Assembly: GCA_964270895.1 (NCBI GenBank)
Contig: OZ185436.1
Length of the DNA: 64,000 nt
Direction: 5' to 3' (one strand)
DNA from: Podarcis filfolensis
Lineage: Eukaryota
This document shows positions 38,530-50,115 of the stretch, piece by piece (position 1 is the stretch's first letter; each line of letters begins with the position of its first letter). The position numbers and the translations under genes are program-made. The notes under the pieces were generated by a model. That model saw only the letters and a program-made list of their open reading frames with translations. It was not told the DNA's origin and did no database searches.

Positions 38530-38915
38530 CATTCCAAAGTGTCAGTTTTGTTGCTTCCCTCAGAATCGTTTTCAGTTTAGTCTAATCTGTCTTTAAAAGT
38601 GGTGACCACAACTGGACACAATACTGCACTGGAGACCTACTTAGTGCCAAATAAAACAAGACTATTACCCCCTCCCGTCTGGCAGGCTGAAGATGCTGTT
38701 AATACAGCTTCAAGTAGTGTCTGTTGTCTTGTAAGAAATGCTACGTTGCTGGCTCAGCTTCAGATAGACTCTCATTCCTTCTTATTCCTTCTCGGTAATG
38801 CTGGAGCCCAGACAATCGTCTCCCCAGTTTGGTAATTATACATTTGCCATTTCTTTCCAATGTGTCATGCTTAATGCTTTTCTTTGTTGAGTTTCATTTT
38901 ATTATTTTCCACTGT
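38530..38915 (-). mobile_element. Old CR1 ORF2 fragment
   Basis: AAGTGGTGACCACAACTGGACACAATACTGCAC is the reverse complement of a CR1 ORF2-like VQYCVQLWSPL motif. Confidence 0.6.
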
Positions 38916-40625
38916 AAGACATAATACCCCGCTGCTCCCAAGTTAACTTAAATAAATCCAGATCACTTAATGTTTGATCTCCTCTTGTAACCATTTCCCC
39001 TGCTTCCAGTGCAATCCCGTCTTCTAGTTGGGAACATTTGGAAGGATGATTGCCTCACATCCGTCTTGATGCCTTGTTCTGTTGAAAACATGCAGCCTTT
39101 CAAATAAATGAAAACCAAACCCGGCGGAACCGCCCCAGCAAAGTGTTAAGTCATTCTTGCAGTGTCCACATCTTGACCTTCCTTCAAAAAACAAAACAAA
39201 ATGAGGAATGTCTTCTTCAAAATAAAACAGGCAAGAAAAATGGTAATATGGTGCCCCAACAAGACCCAAATTTGATGCCTCCTCCCAGTCTTCACACCGC
39301 TTTCCCAAAGCCGAGTAAACAAGGCACTGGGCTATGGGAAGGAGGCATGAGGGCTCTAGCGCGGTCCTAGAGCCCTTCTTCATCCTTTCCAAAGCAGGGC
39401 AAGTGCTAACTAGGCTTTGAGAAGGAAGGAGGGGGACTCTAGGACCCTGCCAGAGCCATTACGTCTCCAACCCAAACTGAGTGCTTACAAGGCTTTGGGA
39501 AGTAGGCAGGAAGGCATTGCCTTGGCTCAGTGCCCTATGTGGGGGAACTGGTCATGCTGCCCTAAATCCACCTCCGAGAGATGTCTTGAGCAACTGGCTT
39601 GTCCACTGCATATGCCCTTCAAATGAATTGTGAGGCCAAGTTCGTAGCAATCAGTTTCACAGAGGTGTATATTGTGGTACACACAATGCTTGTGCCATAA
39701 TCAATTAAGTCGTTAGCCTGCCACAAACCACAGTTGTTTTCACTGCAACAGGCTGCTGTTCTGGACATTTGTTACAATGGGATATGATGCTTGGGTGATA
39801 CTAGGGCAAGCTGTGTGTTTATTCTACCTCCACCTCTTCCATTTCCTTGTTTAGAATCATTTAAAAAGATGAAAAACATGGGAGAGCCAGGTAACACATG
39901 ATTTCATGAGCTCCCAGCTTTGAGCATCAAAAGCTGGTTTCTGGGAATATTAATGGCCACAGGCCCTCAAGCAATGGTAGATCAAATCAATAATTTCCCA
40001 TTTTCTCACTTCTGTGATCAGTAGTCTTCCCCTACCCCTAAGGAAAACAAAATAATAGCCACTGGTGCATTGTGGTATTTCATTAATATAAATATATGCA
40101 CATTTAGAAGCTGTCCATTGACTGTCATTGATTCAGTATTAGAAAAGCAATCAGGTGGCAGAAAAAGCTGGCCAGGTGGCAATCTCTAATGGTTTACTGG
40201 GAAAGAAAAAGGGTCATGGACACAATTGCCCATTATCCTACAGCTCTTTTCAAATTCAGAAAAAAACCTACTTTGGATTGAAGGTGTAGTTGCACAAAGT
40301 AACACACAACCACTGGCTACACTTTAAAACAGAGAAAGGAAGAAATCTGTTGCAGTTCCAAAATGGATAACATGATGTTTTGATCCGGCATGGTATTTCC
40401 TATGCTTCCCCTGCCTGCCCACAACTTTGATCTCATGGGAACCTATGCACATAAAGACAACCAGGCCAACAAAAGCTTTATTAGCAAAATTGATAGTGGA
40501 AGCAAGACAACTCCATATTGGAACAATGAAATTAGTTGTATTTGAGAGGACCCATGTTTCTGTTATTCATTCGTTCTTCATTGGAAACCCCTGCATTTAA
40601 GGAGACTACTTAGAAGCAAGCCCTA

Positions 40626-40947
40626 AGGTAAGGTAAAGGACCCCTGACCATTAGGTCCAGTCACGAACAACTCTGGGGTTGCGGCGCTCATCTTGCTTTA
40701 TTGGCTGAGGGAGCCGGCGTACAGCTTCCGGGTCATGTGGCCAGCATGACTAAGCCGCTACTGGCGAACCAGAGCAGTGCACGGAAACACCGTTTACCTT
40801 CCCGCCGGAGCGGTACCTATTTATCTACTTTCACTTTGACGTGCTTTCGAACTGCTAGGTTGGCAGGAGCAGGGCCCGAGCTCACCCCATCATGGGGATT
40901 CGAACCACCGACCTTCTGATCAGCAAGTCCTAGGCTCTGTGGTTTAA
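40626..40947 (-). mobile_element. Sauria SINE, slightly 5'-truncated, with a small internal deletion
   Basis: Highly similar to 6385-6736, with an (ACCTT)n tail. No clean TSD. Confidence 0.9.
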
Positions 40948-41153
40948 TCTTAGCAAGTAAGCATAGGATCGCAGAATTAGCATGTTATTTCTTTAGTATT
41001 TTAGATTGTTGAGAGTACTTCACATACATTATTTCAGCAATTCTTAAAATAATCCAGGAAGTTAGGCTAGTATTATTGCAGTTGGAAGCCAGAATTTGTT
41101 CCTTATGAATTTATAGCAGAATCTAACACTGGCAGAATGGGAATTAGTCCAGC

Positions 41154-41296
41154 AGTTTATTTCCTTTCAAGCAGGCTGGTTGTCAAAAAAACAAGAGGCG
41201 AGCTGTATGTTTATAGTGAATGGGCAGATTTTGTGCTAGGAGTCACTCCTGGGCCTACCCAAAACCTTTGAGCCCTTACTCCATGGATTTGACTGC
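41154..41296. repeat. Copy A of a diverged ~145-bp direct repeat
   Basis: Aligns to 42422-42568 with shared blocks TTCAAGCAGG, GAGCTGTA, AATGGGCAGATTTT, GTGCTAGGAGTCA, CTACCCAAA and CCATGG.TTTGACT. Confidence 0.85.
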
Positions 41297-42421
41297 CTTT
41301 TGGACACAATAGTTTAGATCCAGCCTACTTTGGTCCCATTGAAACCATTGCAAATAGACAAGTCAGGCCACTGATTTAAGTGGGAGCTTGGTCTGGATTC
41401 ATGAAATCGTGCCAAATAAATTAGTTGTCTTCTTTGTACGACCTCTTCTACAGCTTGTTCAGCAGTAGTCTGACTTGTGTGGAAGTTCTGAACTCAGTAG
41501 GACTTACTTCTGAGTAGACACATACAGAATTGTACTTTTAATAGTATTATTGTGTTCTGAGGATGTGTGTGTATGTATCCGTGGGGAAGTAGATCAACCT
41601 GTATATATGACAGTTAAATTGGTTGTGCAGGTTCTCCTCAACTCATTCTTGCAAATATAGATCAGAGTAGCATTGTGAATTAATTGCCATGATGCCCTCA
41701 GTTCTCACCTACAATTCTCACCTACAAATTGTTCATTCAGACACCCCAAATGTTTTCTGGTAACTCTCCATTCCCTGCAATTAGACAACAATGCAAGTAG
41801 GTAAAATAACAACAGTTTTGTCCTTGTTCTATGCTAGGTCCCCCTATCTCCAAGAAAGGCACCTTGATCTCACACATATTCCAATAAACCTTCACATTCC
41901 AAATGAACTTAAATTATTTGGTGGGGTGTATGTGATGAAAGGAAGATGATCACTGTGCTTTGAATACCCTTTTTGAAAGTAGTGGAAACATGAAAAACTA
42001 TGATATAAAAGCTAGCGTTAAAAGAATGCAATAAACTATACGCAACTAACCTAGCATCTTGAAGCCATAAACAAGATTGGCATATAAAGTGAACAAGCTT
42101 CTGTTTCTGTGGTTGTTCAGCCACAGTAGTTACACCCTGAAGGTTATTTCCTTGTTTCAGATTGGTTCAAAATGTTTTCTCCGTGGCCAGACTGAGCTGA
42201 TTCCATCCGCTCTGTATTTCCATTTCCATCAGGGTTGCTTGATGATGTGTTGCAGGAAATAAGAGTCGGAGGCACTTCTAGGAAACGGAAATTCAGACAA
42301 CAAATAGCTCCTTCCTGGATGGAGGATGGCAATCATAACCTACTAGCAAAAAGGCTGCTATGAAAGTAGGGTGGCATGAAAGTTGTCAAAGGTCTGATGG
42401 GGTGGAAATTTGCCGGGCATA

Positions 42422-42568
42422 AGTTTGTTTCCCTTCAAGCAGGCCGATTGTCAGAAAACCAAGAACTGAGCTGTACACTTCCAGTCAATGGGCAGATTTT
42501 TTGTGCTAGGAGTCATTCCTGGAGCTACCCAAACTGTTGGGCCCTTCTAACCCCATGGCTTTGACTAC
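42422..42568. repeat. Copy B of a diverged ~145-bp direct repeat
   Basis: See copy A; roughly 75-80% identity by eye. Confidence 0.85.
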
Positions 42569-42592
42569 AAATCCTACCAGGTACTAACATTC

Positions 42593-42598
42593 TTTATT
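42593..42598 (-). terminator. Candidate COX10 polyadenylation signal AATAAA
   Basis: First canonical AATAAA I found on the minus strand after the stop (~1 kb 3' UTR). Alternatives are ATTAAA at 43397-43392 and AATAAA at 41161-41156. Confidence 0.35.
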
Positions 42599-42774
42599 TT
42601 AAGGGTTATTATTTATGATCTGCTTAAATGCCGAAAGGACTTCTAAGTTGGTAACCAGAGATGAGGTGAGGGCTTGTACAGAGCAAAGACCTGGCTGATG
42701 GGAAAGCCATGTATTTCTGCATAGTGGTCTGCCTTTAAACATACATTGGGGGCTTTATGTTTCATGTGTGCGTG

Positions 42775-42839
42775 TGCACACACACACACATACGGACGCG
42801 CGTGCACACACACACAAAATGTATGTGTACCCCTTATTA

Positions 42840-42874
<35 letters not shown>
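42775..42874. repeat. Interrupted (CA)n plus (TC)n microsatellite cluster
   Basis: Seen directly; probably inside the COX10 3' UTR. Confidence 0.85.
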
Positions 42875-42877
<3 letters not shown>

Positions 42878-43569
42878 GTCATGGCTGTTTTTCCTTTTTA
42901 AGAGCTTTTTAATGGCTCCAGTCAAACTTCTCTGTATGTTTCCTTTATGAACTGTCTATACCATATTCAGAAAAAAGTTTAAATAAAGGTGGAAATTGGG
43001 AACCCTCATAGGTTAATAGCATCTCTGAGAGGATGACACTCCCTACTGGTTTCTTTCAGCTCCAAATACTGTTACTCCCTTCCACTTTCCATACAGAATG
43101 AGAATATACTCCTAGAAGTAGGGCAGAGTGATTTTTGCATATTGTTAAGCTAATCCTCCTGTTCTGGTGTGGAAAAGTGCAGATGCATATGAGTCACCTG
43201 TGGGAACTGTTGCCGAACTAGATTCAGCAGGCTTGCCATACATCCTTAAGAATTAGATAGAGATTTGTTCTTTCATCAGTATGCTATTAAGATATAACAT
43301 GCATCTTAGCATCATCTCAGTATAGTCAACGAAAGGATCTCACATTCGAAAATCAAATCCAAGAGTCATGTTTGTGTCCCAAATCAAATTATTTAATTTG
43401 AAAAAAATCACAGAGAGTGTTCACTGGACACAAAATATTCTCTCTGAATATATCAACAGAAAACCTCCCTGCTGCATGATAACTGAAATACGTATGCCAT
43501 TTTGAATAGGAGCTTCTGAAGCCAATAGTTATCACAAAGGCAACGTGAGTTTTCCAACATGATGCGACC

Positions 43570-43976
43570 TCAACTCAAGGATTCCTTTGCGTTGTCCTTT
43601 TTGTACCAAGATTTCTTGCAAGTCAGCATGAGCAAGAGGAGCATTGGCAAGTGCCACAAGCTACAGAAAAACAACTTCCGGGAGCTGCCACGGTCAGCGT
43701 CTCTGTAGAAACGAAAGCCAAGGTAGGAAATGTACAGGTTGATGGGAAGAGAAATTATGGGGAAAGTCCACGTGGTGACATCAAGGATGGGAGCCAGTGA
43801 TGAAAGTCCAATTAAGGCAAGGCAATGACGCAGAGCCACCCGCCTGCACATTTCTGGGTGGGTGACAGACATCATGCAGTAGCCACCTCTGGAGTAATCT
43901 TCGCGGAGCCCCCAGCTGAGTGCATTGAAATGAGGGAACTGCCAGGAGTAGAGAATCCCCCCCAGCAGCAATGCTC
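43570..43976 (-). CDS. COX10: Protoheme IX farnesyltransferase (heme O synthase), last coding exon (exon 7)
   Basis: Acceptor TTTCTCTTCGTTTGCAG|GA, phase 1. Translation [41 protein letters not shown]...[24 protein letters not shown], then TGA at 43572-43570. Confidence 0.97.
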
Positions 43977-44607
43977 CTGCAAACGAAGAGAAATCAAGGC
44001 ATTAGGGTGTACGCCAGGGCCACTGACACAGAAATCTGGATAACTTGGCTGAAGTTTCTGCGTCTTCATTTCGTACACCCAGTAAATCACTTGCAGGTGC
44101 AGAAGTCTCATTAATATAATCAGCTTGCCCCAAGGCAGTGAAAGGTATACAGAATGGAGCTGTGTGGAACAGTTTACTCGACTCTCCACATAAACTCCAA
44201 ATACCCTTTTCAGATGCAGGAGTGGCTAAATGTTACTCTTAAAAAAAGATGCTTCTATCATTCTATCATTTTTGGAGTAAGAACACTTGCAAAAGGCTTA
44301 GAACCCAAGCAATGTATGTGCTGCTTCCAGGGGATGCAGGGATGTTTTTTGCATTCCTTGTCCAACCTGTTTACTTCTAGTGCATTTCCGGCAAGTCATA
44401 CATACACAATTTAATCACACTTCTTATCTACAATTTTGAATTCAGCAATGTTTGTATTTTTGTTCACACAATTATATGTTTGCAGAAAGCAAGAAACTGA
44501 GGCTTTCGGAACCAAAAACAGTGCCTGAGGCCTCATCTGGAGTCAATAAAAAGATGATGATTTGGGGACAGGGCCCCAGCTAGGACTAACTGACTATAAC
44601 TTCTTGA

Positions 44608-44909
44608 TAGGGTGGCCACATGTTCTACTTTTCAGAGGACAGTACTCTATTGGAAGAGATGCCTTTTTAAAGATAAAGAATCATAAAAAAGGAAAGCAGG
44701 ACCCCTGAGGTTGCTTGACAATAGCTACCAACCTGGACAACCGACTGAGCAGGCACACAGGTCACAGTGCTCCCCACTAAGGTGAAATGCATTGTATTTC
44801 TATTTAAAGTATTATTTTTAAATCTGCACCTCTGCATATAAAATAACATTATGTAAATGTTATGCAAATCTGGGGGGGGGGGGTTGGTGATGCATAAATG
44901 GTCACCTTA
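44608..44909. mobile_element. hAT-Tip100-like MITE
   Basis: TIRs TAGGGTGGCCA / TGGTCACCTTA; degenerate 8-bp TSD CTTCTTGA / CGTCTTAA (6 of 8 match). Confidence 0.6.
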
Positions 44910-47900
44910 CGTCTTAAGCCATCATCACCAATTCTAGACTAAGTAGAAGACAATGAGCAAAATATCTATGAACTGCATATATATATATCTCATCTTAAAC
45001 TCTTCTGTGAGAAACACACACTTTCCATTTGTTGTAGAAAACACGTAAGATACATTTTATCCTTTGGTTTCCCCATTTGGTCCCACCTTTTTTGATACTA
45101 CACACAATATATTTTCACATAGTCCAAACTGACTGTCCATCAGCTCTGCACAGAACCCACTCCGCAAAGGTACAAATATAAAACAAATACAGTGAAGAAT
45201 ATTCAATAAACTTTGGCTATTGAATGGTATAAGTTTTTTAAAGTTTGCTCAGCAGAAATCTAGAGAAGATTCCAGTCACCACAGGCATGTTACCTTGCTA
45301 TATTTTGCCATAGGTTTCCTAAGCAGAAATGTATGTTGCCAACCCTCTAACAGCCACATAATGTAGGGCTACAGAGGGCTGAAAATGCCTAGTGTTAAGT
45401 AACTAACTTCTCAGTTCTGTACACTCCATACATCTTAGAATTCAGTATCATAGGACCTTCTGTTGATCCATGAATGCTTGGCGGAAACCTGAAACTGAAG
45501 AGTAAAAAATTCATAGAATTATAGAATTGTAAGGTTGTTTCAGTTCTTTCAACATTCGGGGTCTCTGTGTTACCTATCCCTGTACACCACCTAAAAGTTT
45601 ATACAGAAGCAAGAATTAAAGGGGAAAATAGGCCCAGAGATCCACTGAATATAACTATGGGAATATTTCCTCACAACTGCAGTCTTCCAAAAACATATGC
45701 TACAAGACTAGATCCTGCTCCACTGAAATTTAGCACAGATGTCCATTAGTATCTGCTTCATTCTGTTTCACAAGGGACATCTTTAGGGCCTACACTTTAA
45801 TAAAGCTTAACTGATTTTCACAGATTCAACTTCTGAAGTGATGTTGTTACAGTGGAGTTATGCCTTCTTGTAGAAGATGAATCAAAGTCCATTTTGTTTG
45901 CAAAGGGATGGATGCTAGGAGCAACAAGAAGGCAAGATGTCCTAACGCTGTCTCAGAAATAACTTCCAACTCTCACTTCTTTGTCAAAAAATAACCAACA
46001 TTTCAGGTGAAACTCCCAGCTCCAAACCAGACAACTGATGTGCCAAACAAGGAGAGTTGTTTTATGAGGGGCCTGCCTTCTCACGCAATCTTTCCAGGAG
46101 ATACTGCAAAGTCAACTTGATTGCAACTTGCATGGCTTCGTTTTTTGCTGTGCAGTACAGAATTAGGCTTTTTAGTGCAACTGGGTCCAGACTCTACCTT
46201 TACATTTTCAAAACCTTTGTCTGACAGCACAATCTTGTAGCGATGCTGGGATTAATCAAAGTGCTGATGCAGAAATAGCCACTTGTGTTCCCACTCTGGG
46301 GGTATTTAGTAGCAACTGGTGCTATTTTGAAGGCTTAGTCGGGAGGAGCCTCCTAGCAATCCTACATGGAGATTCAGAGATTCAATAGCAACTGGAACAG
46401 CGTTGTCTGTCCCTATCTCAATTGCCATGCAGTGGATGGTGCTTCAGTAGCAGTGGCATAAATCTTTATGCGCTCCTCTGTGCAAATTCCTTTGGATGAG
46501 GCTATAAAAAATGCACTCTAAACTAAATCTTAAGAGAATATAAATTATTTTTTACTGTTTTTACTACACTGTGTCAGCTGCGCTGAGAAAGTGTTTCCAA
46601 ATTCCAAATTACTTGGAAGTCAGTATGATTTTGCCAAATGGTTCTTACTCCCTACTGCATTTAAGATTCCAATTTAAGTGTATTTAGGTGTGCATTATGG
46701 AAAAAGACCCACCAATGCTGAACTACATACAGCATGATGCTAGGTGCAACACTGATAATATGCCTGCATGCTTGTTTTTTAAAAAGTGATGTTAGGCGCA
46801 GGTGGTGATGTCTGATTTTGTCAGGACTGCAGAAGTAGGAAGCAGATGTTCAGCCCTTTCATACCTCATTGCAGTGCTGATGGAGATCATCCCTTTCCCA
46901 TGGCTGTGTTGGGGCCAATGGGAGCTTTTTTCTTGGGACTGGTTAACAGCTGGGAGACTGTCAGGATTGCCGCTGAGAAGCAGTTGGGTTTCCTCTCCTG
47001 ACCATGTAATATGGGTGCCAATGATGCATTTGGTGCCATGACAAGTTTGGCTGTTAGTCAACTTCCTGTGGTTAACTTGTACAGCTACTTAATCTAGTAC
47101 TTCTGCTACTGAGTGGTGTTACTGTTTCAGGAGGATATTTTCAGCAACCCTTAAGGTTCCACATGAGACAGAAGGTGCAGGATATTCGTGCTTTTCTATC
47201 TAAAGCTGTCAAGCACAATGATGTTCTTTTAAAACTCATGACTGTCTTAGGTGTATGCAAAAAGTCTTGTAATGGTAGCATGATTTGCTAAACTATGTTA
47301 TCATTCACAAACTTAAGACAAAAGCCAGAAGCACTTTTATGTTAAAAACTCAGCATGGAAAACCAGGCTTATAGTTGGAGCTCCAAACTGACTTGCTACC
47401 TCTTTCATTGTCTTGGTTTTTGGCTTCACAGATGTATGACAGAGATCACCAACCAGGCATGTAAAATAAACACAGAATGGTTAAAATATCAGCTCCAAAA
47501 CAGATGTTGAAGTCTTATTGCATTTCCTAAAGCCATTGTTTACTGCCTTGGCAACCCAAGAATGCTGTTTTGCTTAGAGCACAATTTTGGTAATTCTTCT
47601 GCCTTGAATAATATGAAGGAATTTTAAAATCATTTCCAGATTCTGGTAGCTGACTGACACATGAGGGGGAGGTTAAGAGTGGAGGTGGGGGCGGGAAGCA
47701 CCAGCTTCTTGTCTCTCTAGGAAATAAATTAAATGTTTAAGTTTATGTAAGACGTTATAGGGATTTTGAAGTCTAAGTTTAGCCATTAATGGCCTGTACT
47801 TAGAACTGTGTGTGGTTGTTTTCTTCTATCTTGGTATGGTAACAAACCAGCTACTCTTAGCTAAAAAGATGCTAAAACAAATTACTCCTCCTTGGTCCAG

Positions 47901-49524
47901 ATGAGGGAGATTAGAGCTGGAAAACAAGAGCAAATCCAGCTGCACCCATTTGCCTTTGGATAAACACGGCTGGCGGTTATGTAGCTGTAGTTGTTCCATG
48001 TTCAACCTGGAAAATGAGATGAAGTATAACTGAACCTTATCTTTGCCTACAGAATTAGGTTTCCATCATCTGAATATGCCCGTCAGCAAAAGCTGATCCA
48101 GCAAAAACAACACACTACCTGCCCACACTGAAGCAAGGAAGATATAGCAGTGATGGATGGAGAGATCGGTTAAGACCTCCAAATTATGTGGTTAGAAAAA
48201 TCCAATTTCTGCTCTACTTTTAATACTGTAAGACAGAATGCAGCAATTTGTCAAGATGCATTTTGCATAACTCAATAGGACTGAAAGTTTTGTGGTGGGA
48301 GAAAGGAAGAAATACTAGGGTACAAGAATAGACGGAAATCTAAAATATATCTGTTTCCACAACAGGACCTCCTTTCCATTTCTTCCTTCACCTTTGGGTT
48401 GGGGAATGCTCTGGAGCAGATATTTGGGGCACGCAGGGAGCTGCATGGGAGAGGAGAGGAAGGGGGAAGCGAGTTCAAATGGGTCTTACTGCCAAAAGTG
48501 ACCATAAGATTGCAGTCTCAATCTCTTCAAACAGAATCGATAACCCTTGATCAAACCAAATGGAAACAGTCAAGTGAAGTTTAAGCAAGTTTTGAGTACA
48601 AAGGTTCTCTCTCTCATAGACACATATGGAGATCAAGTGTAGGGGCAATGATGGAAAATACCTGTTTTGTGTTATTCTGTAGGGTGCCTTGTGATGTTTT
48701 GTAGGATGTGGTGCCACAAGTAAATTTTCCCCAGATGATCTAAATGTTCTTGCAGACAGGGAAGGTAGTCTTTCAGGTAACCTGGCCCTGAGTTGTTCAG
48801 GGTTTTATATGTTAGTAACAAGACCTTGTACATGATTGGCTAGCTGCACAGCAGCTGTTCCTTGCGCACAGGTGTAAAATTATGTGTGCATCAAGGTGTT
48901 CCACTCAACCACCTGGGCACAGCATTCTCCAAAAGCCTCCAGACCAGTCTTAGGGGAAGTCCCATAAAGAACAAATTATAGGAGTCCAATTGTAAAGTTA
49001 CCAATGCATGAATAATAGTGGCCAAGTTTAAAACATGTTTTATTTGTTACCGCAACCAATTAGAATGGTCGATTGGGAAACATATGAATGAGAAAGTGAG
49101 AAACTTTATTTAAATCAACACCAGGTCCAATAGGTGGATAAGAGCACCAACATTCAGGAGGGTTCACAAGGAAGGGGTGGGCATGTGGTGAAGTGCAGAA
49201 CACGGCATAAATATTCCGTAGATGATGTTGACTGCATGTTACTTTCTTTCTCTAGCATCTGCTACATCTTAGTCCTTATATATGCTAGTGGCAAACAATC
49301 CGTTTGCAATATTCAAAGTCTTACTTCTTCTATGGTACCCATAGATCATGTTGGTGCCTCTGAATGTAGCAGTGGGTATGAAGACCAAAAACACTGTCAA
49401 AATAAAGGTTGTGAATTGGAAGCCTAGAAGTTTGACCACAATCCAGTCAAGGCAAGTCTCGGCTGTTTCCAATGACCACTGTTTTGAAACCATGTCCAGC
49501 TGTAGCGAGGAAATGATGACAGCA

Positions 49525-50115
49525 TTTAACAGTTATCATTTATATAGCACCATCAATATGCATAGTTCCCAATGGAGAATTAAAAAAACGCAGCACCCTG
49601 ATCAGCTTATCATCTTAAGACTTGCCGTGGGGTGGATGGGAAGAATAGAAGGAGAGACATAAACTGGCAGTAAGGGTGAACATGGGCAGGCTATGCCTTG
49701 AGCTTCATTACAAGTGCTTAGGCTTAGTTTCAGCAGAGGAAGAACAGTAAGTGTCTGTGTCGAAGTTCTTCAAGGAAACTGAATTTGGGGAAAGGGTCTG
49801 AAGGAAATAAGATGCAGCATCAAATAGTTTCTGGAGGCAGTTCTAGGCATTGAAGATGTGGGGGACGGACAAAGGATGGTGGAGATGGAAGAGTGAAGAT
49901 TATGGGGATGGATATGCAGGCAGAATAATCAGGGGAGGCAGAATAATGAAGGCAAGGACAATGTTTGTGCTAGATCCAGGAATGGAGGAGGTAAGAAAGG
50001 GTGCCATGTGGTCTCAGTGATGACAGAGGTGAATGACGTTGGTCAGAGGCAAGGGAGTAGGTGGGAATGTGATCGTAGAGATGCAAAGACTGTAGCAGTT
50101 AAGGTGAGAGATGAC
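49525..50115 (-). mobile_element. Ancient L2-like LINE 3' fragment
   Basis: CATTTATATAGCACC terminus followed by purine-rich sequence typical of reverse-oriented old L2. Highly decayed. Confidence 0.45.

Noticed and set aside
41702-41728. 13-bp tandem duplication TTCTCACCTACAA (and a similar one at ~49918-49947)
   Set aside because: Ordinary slippage-type micro-duplications with no further structure.
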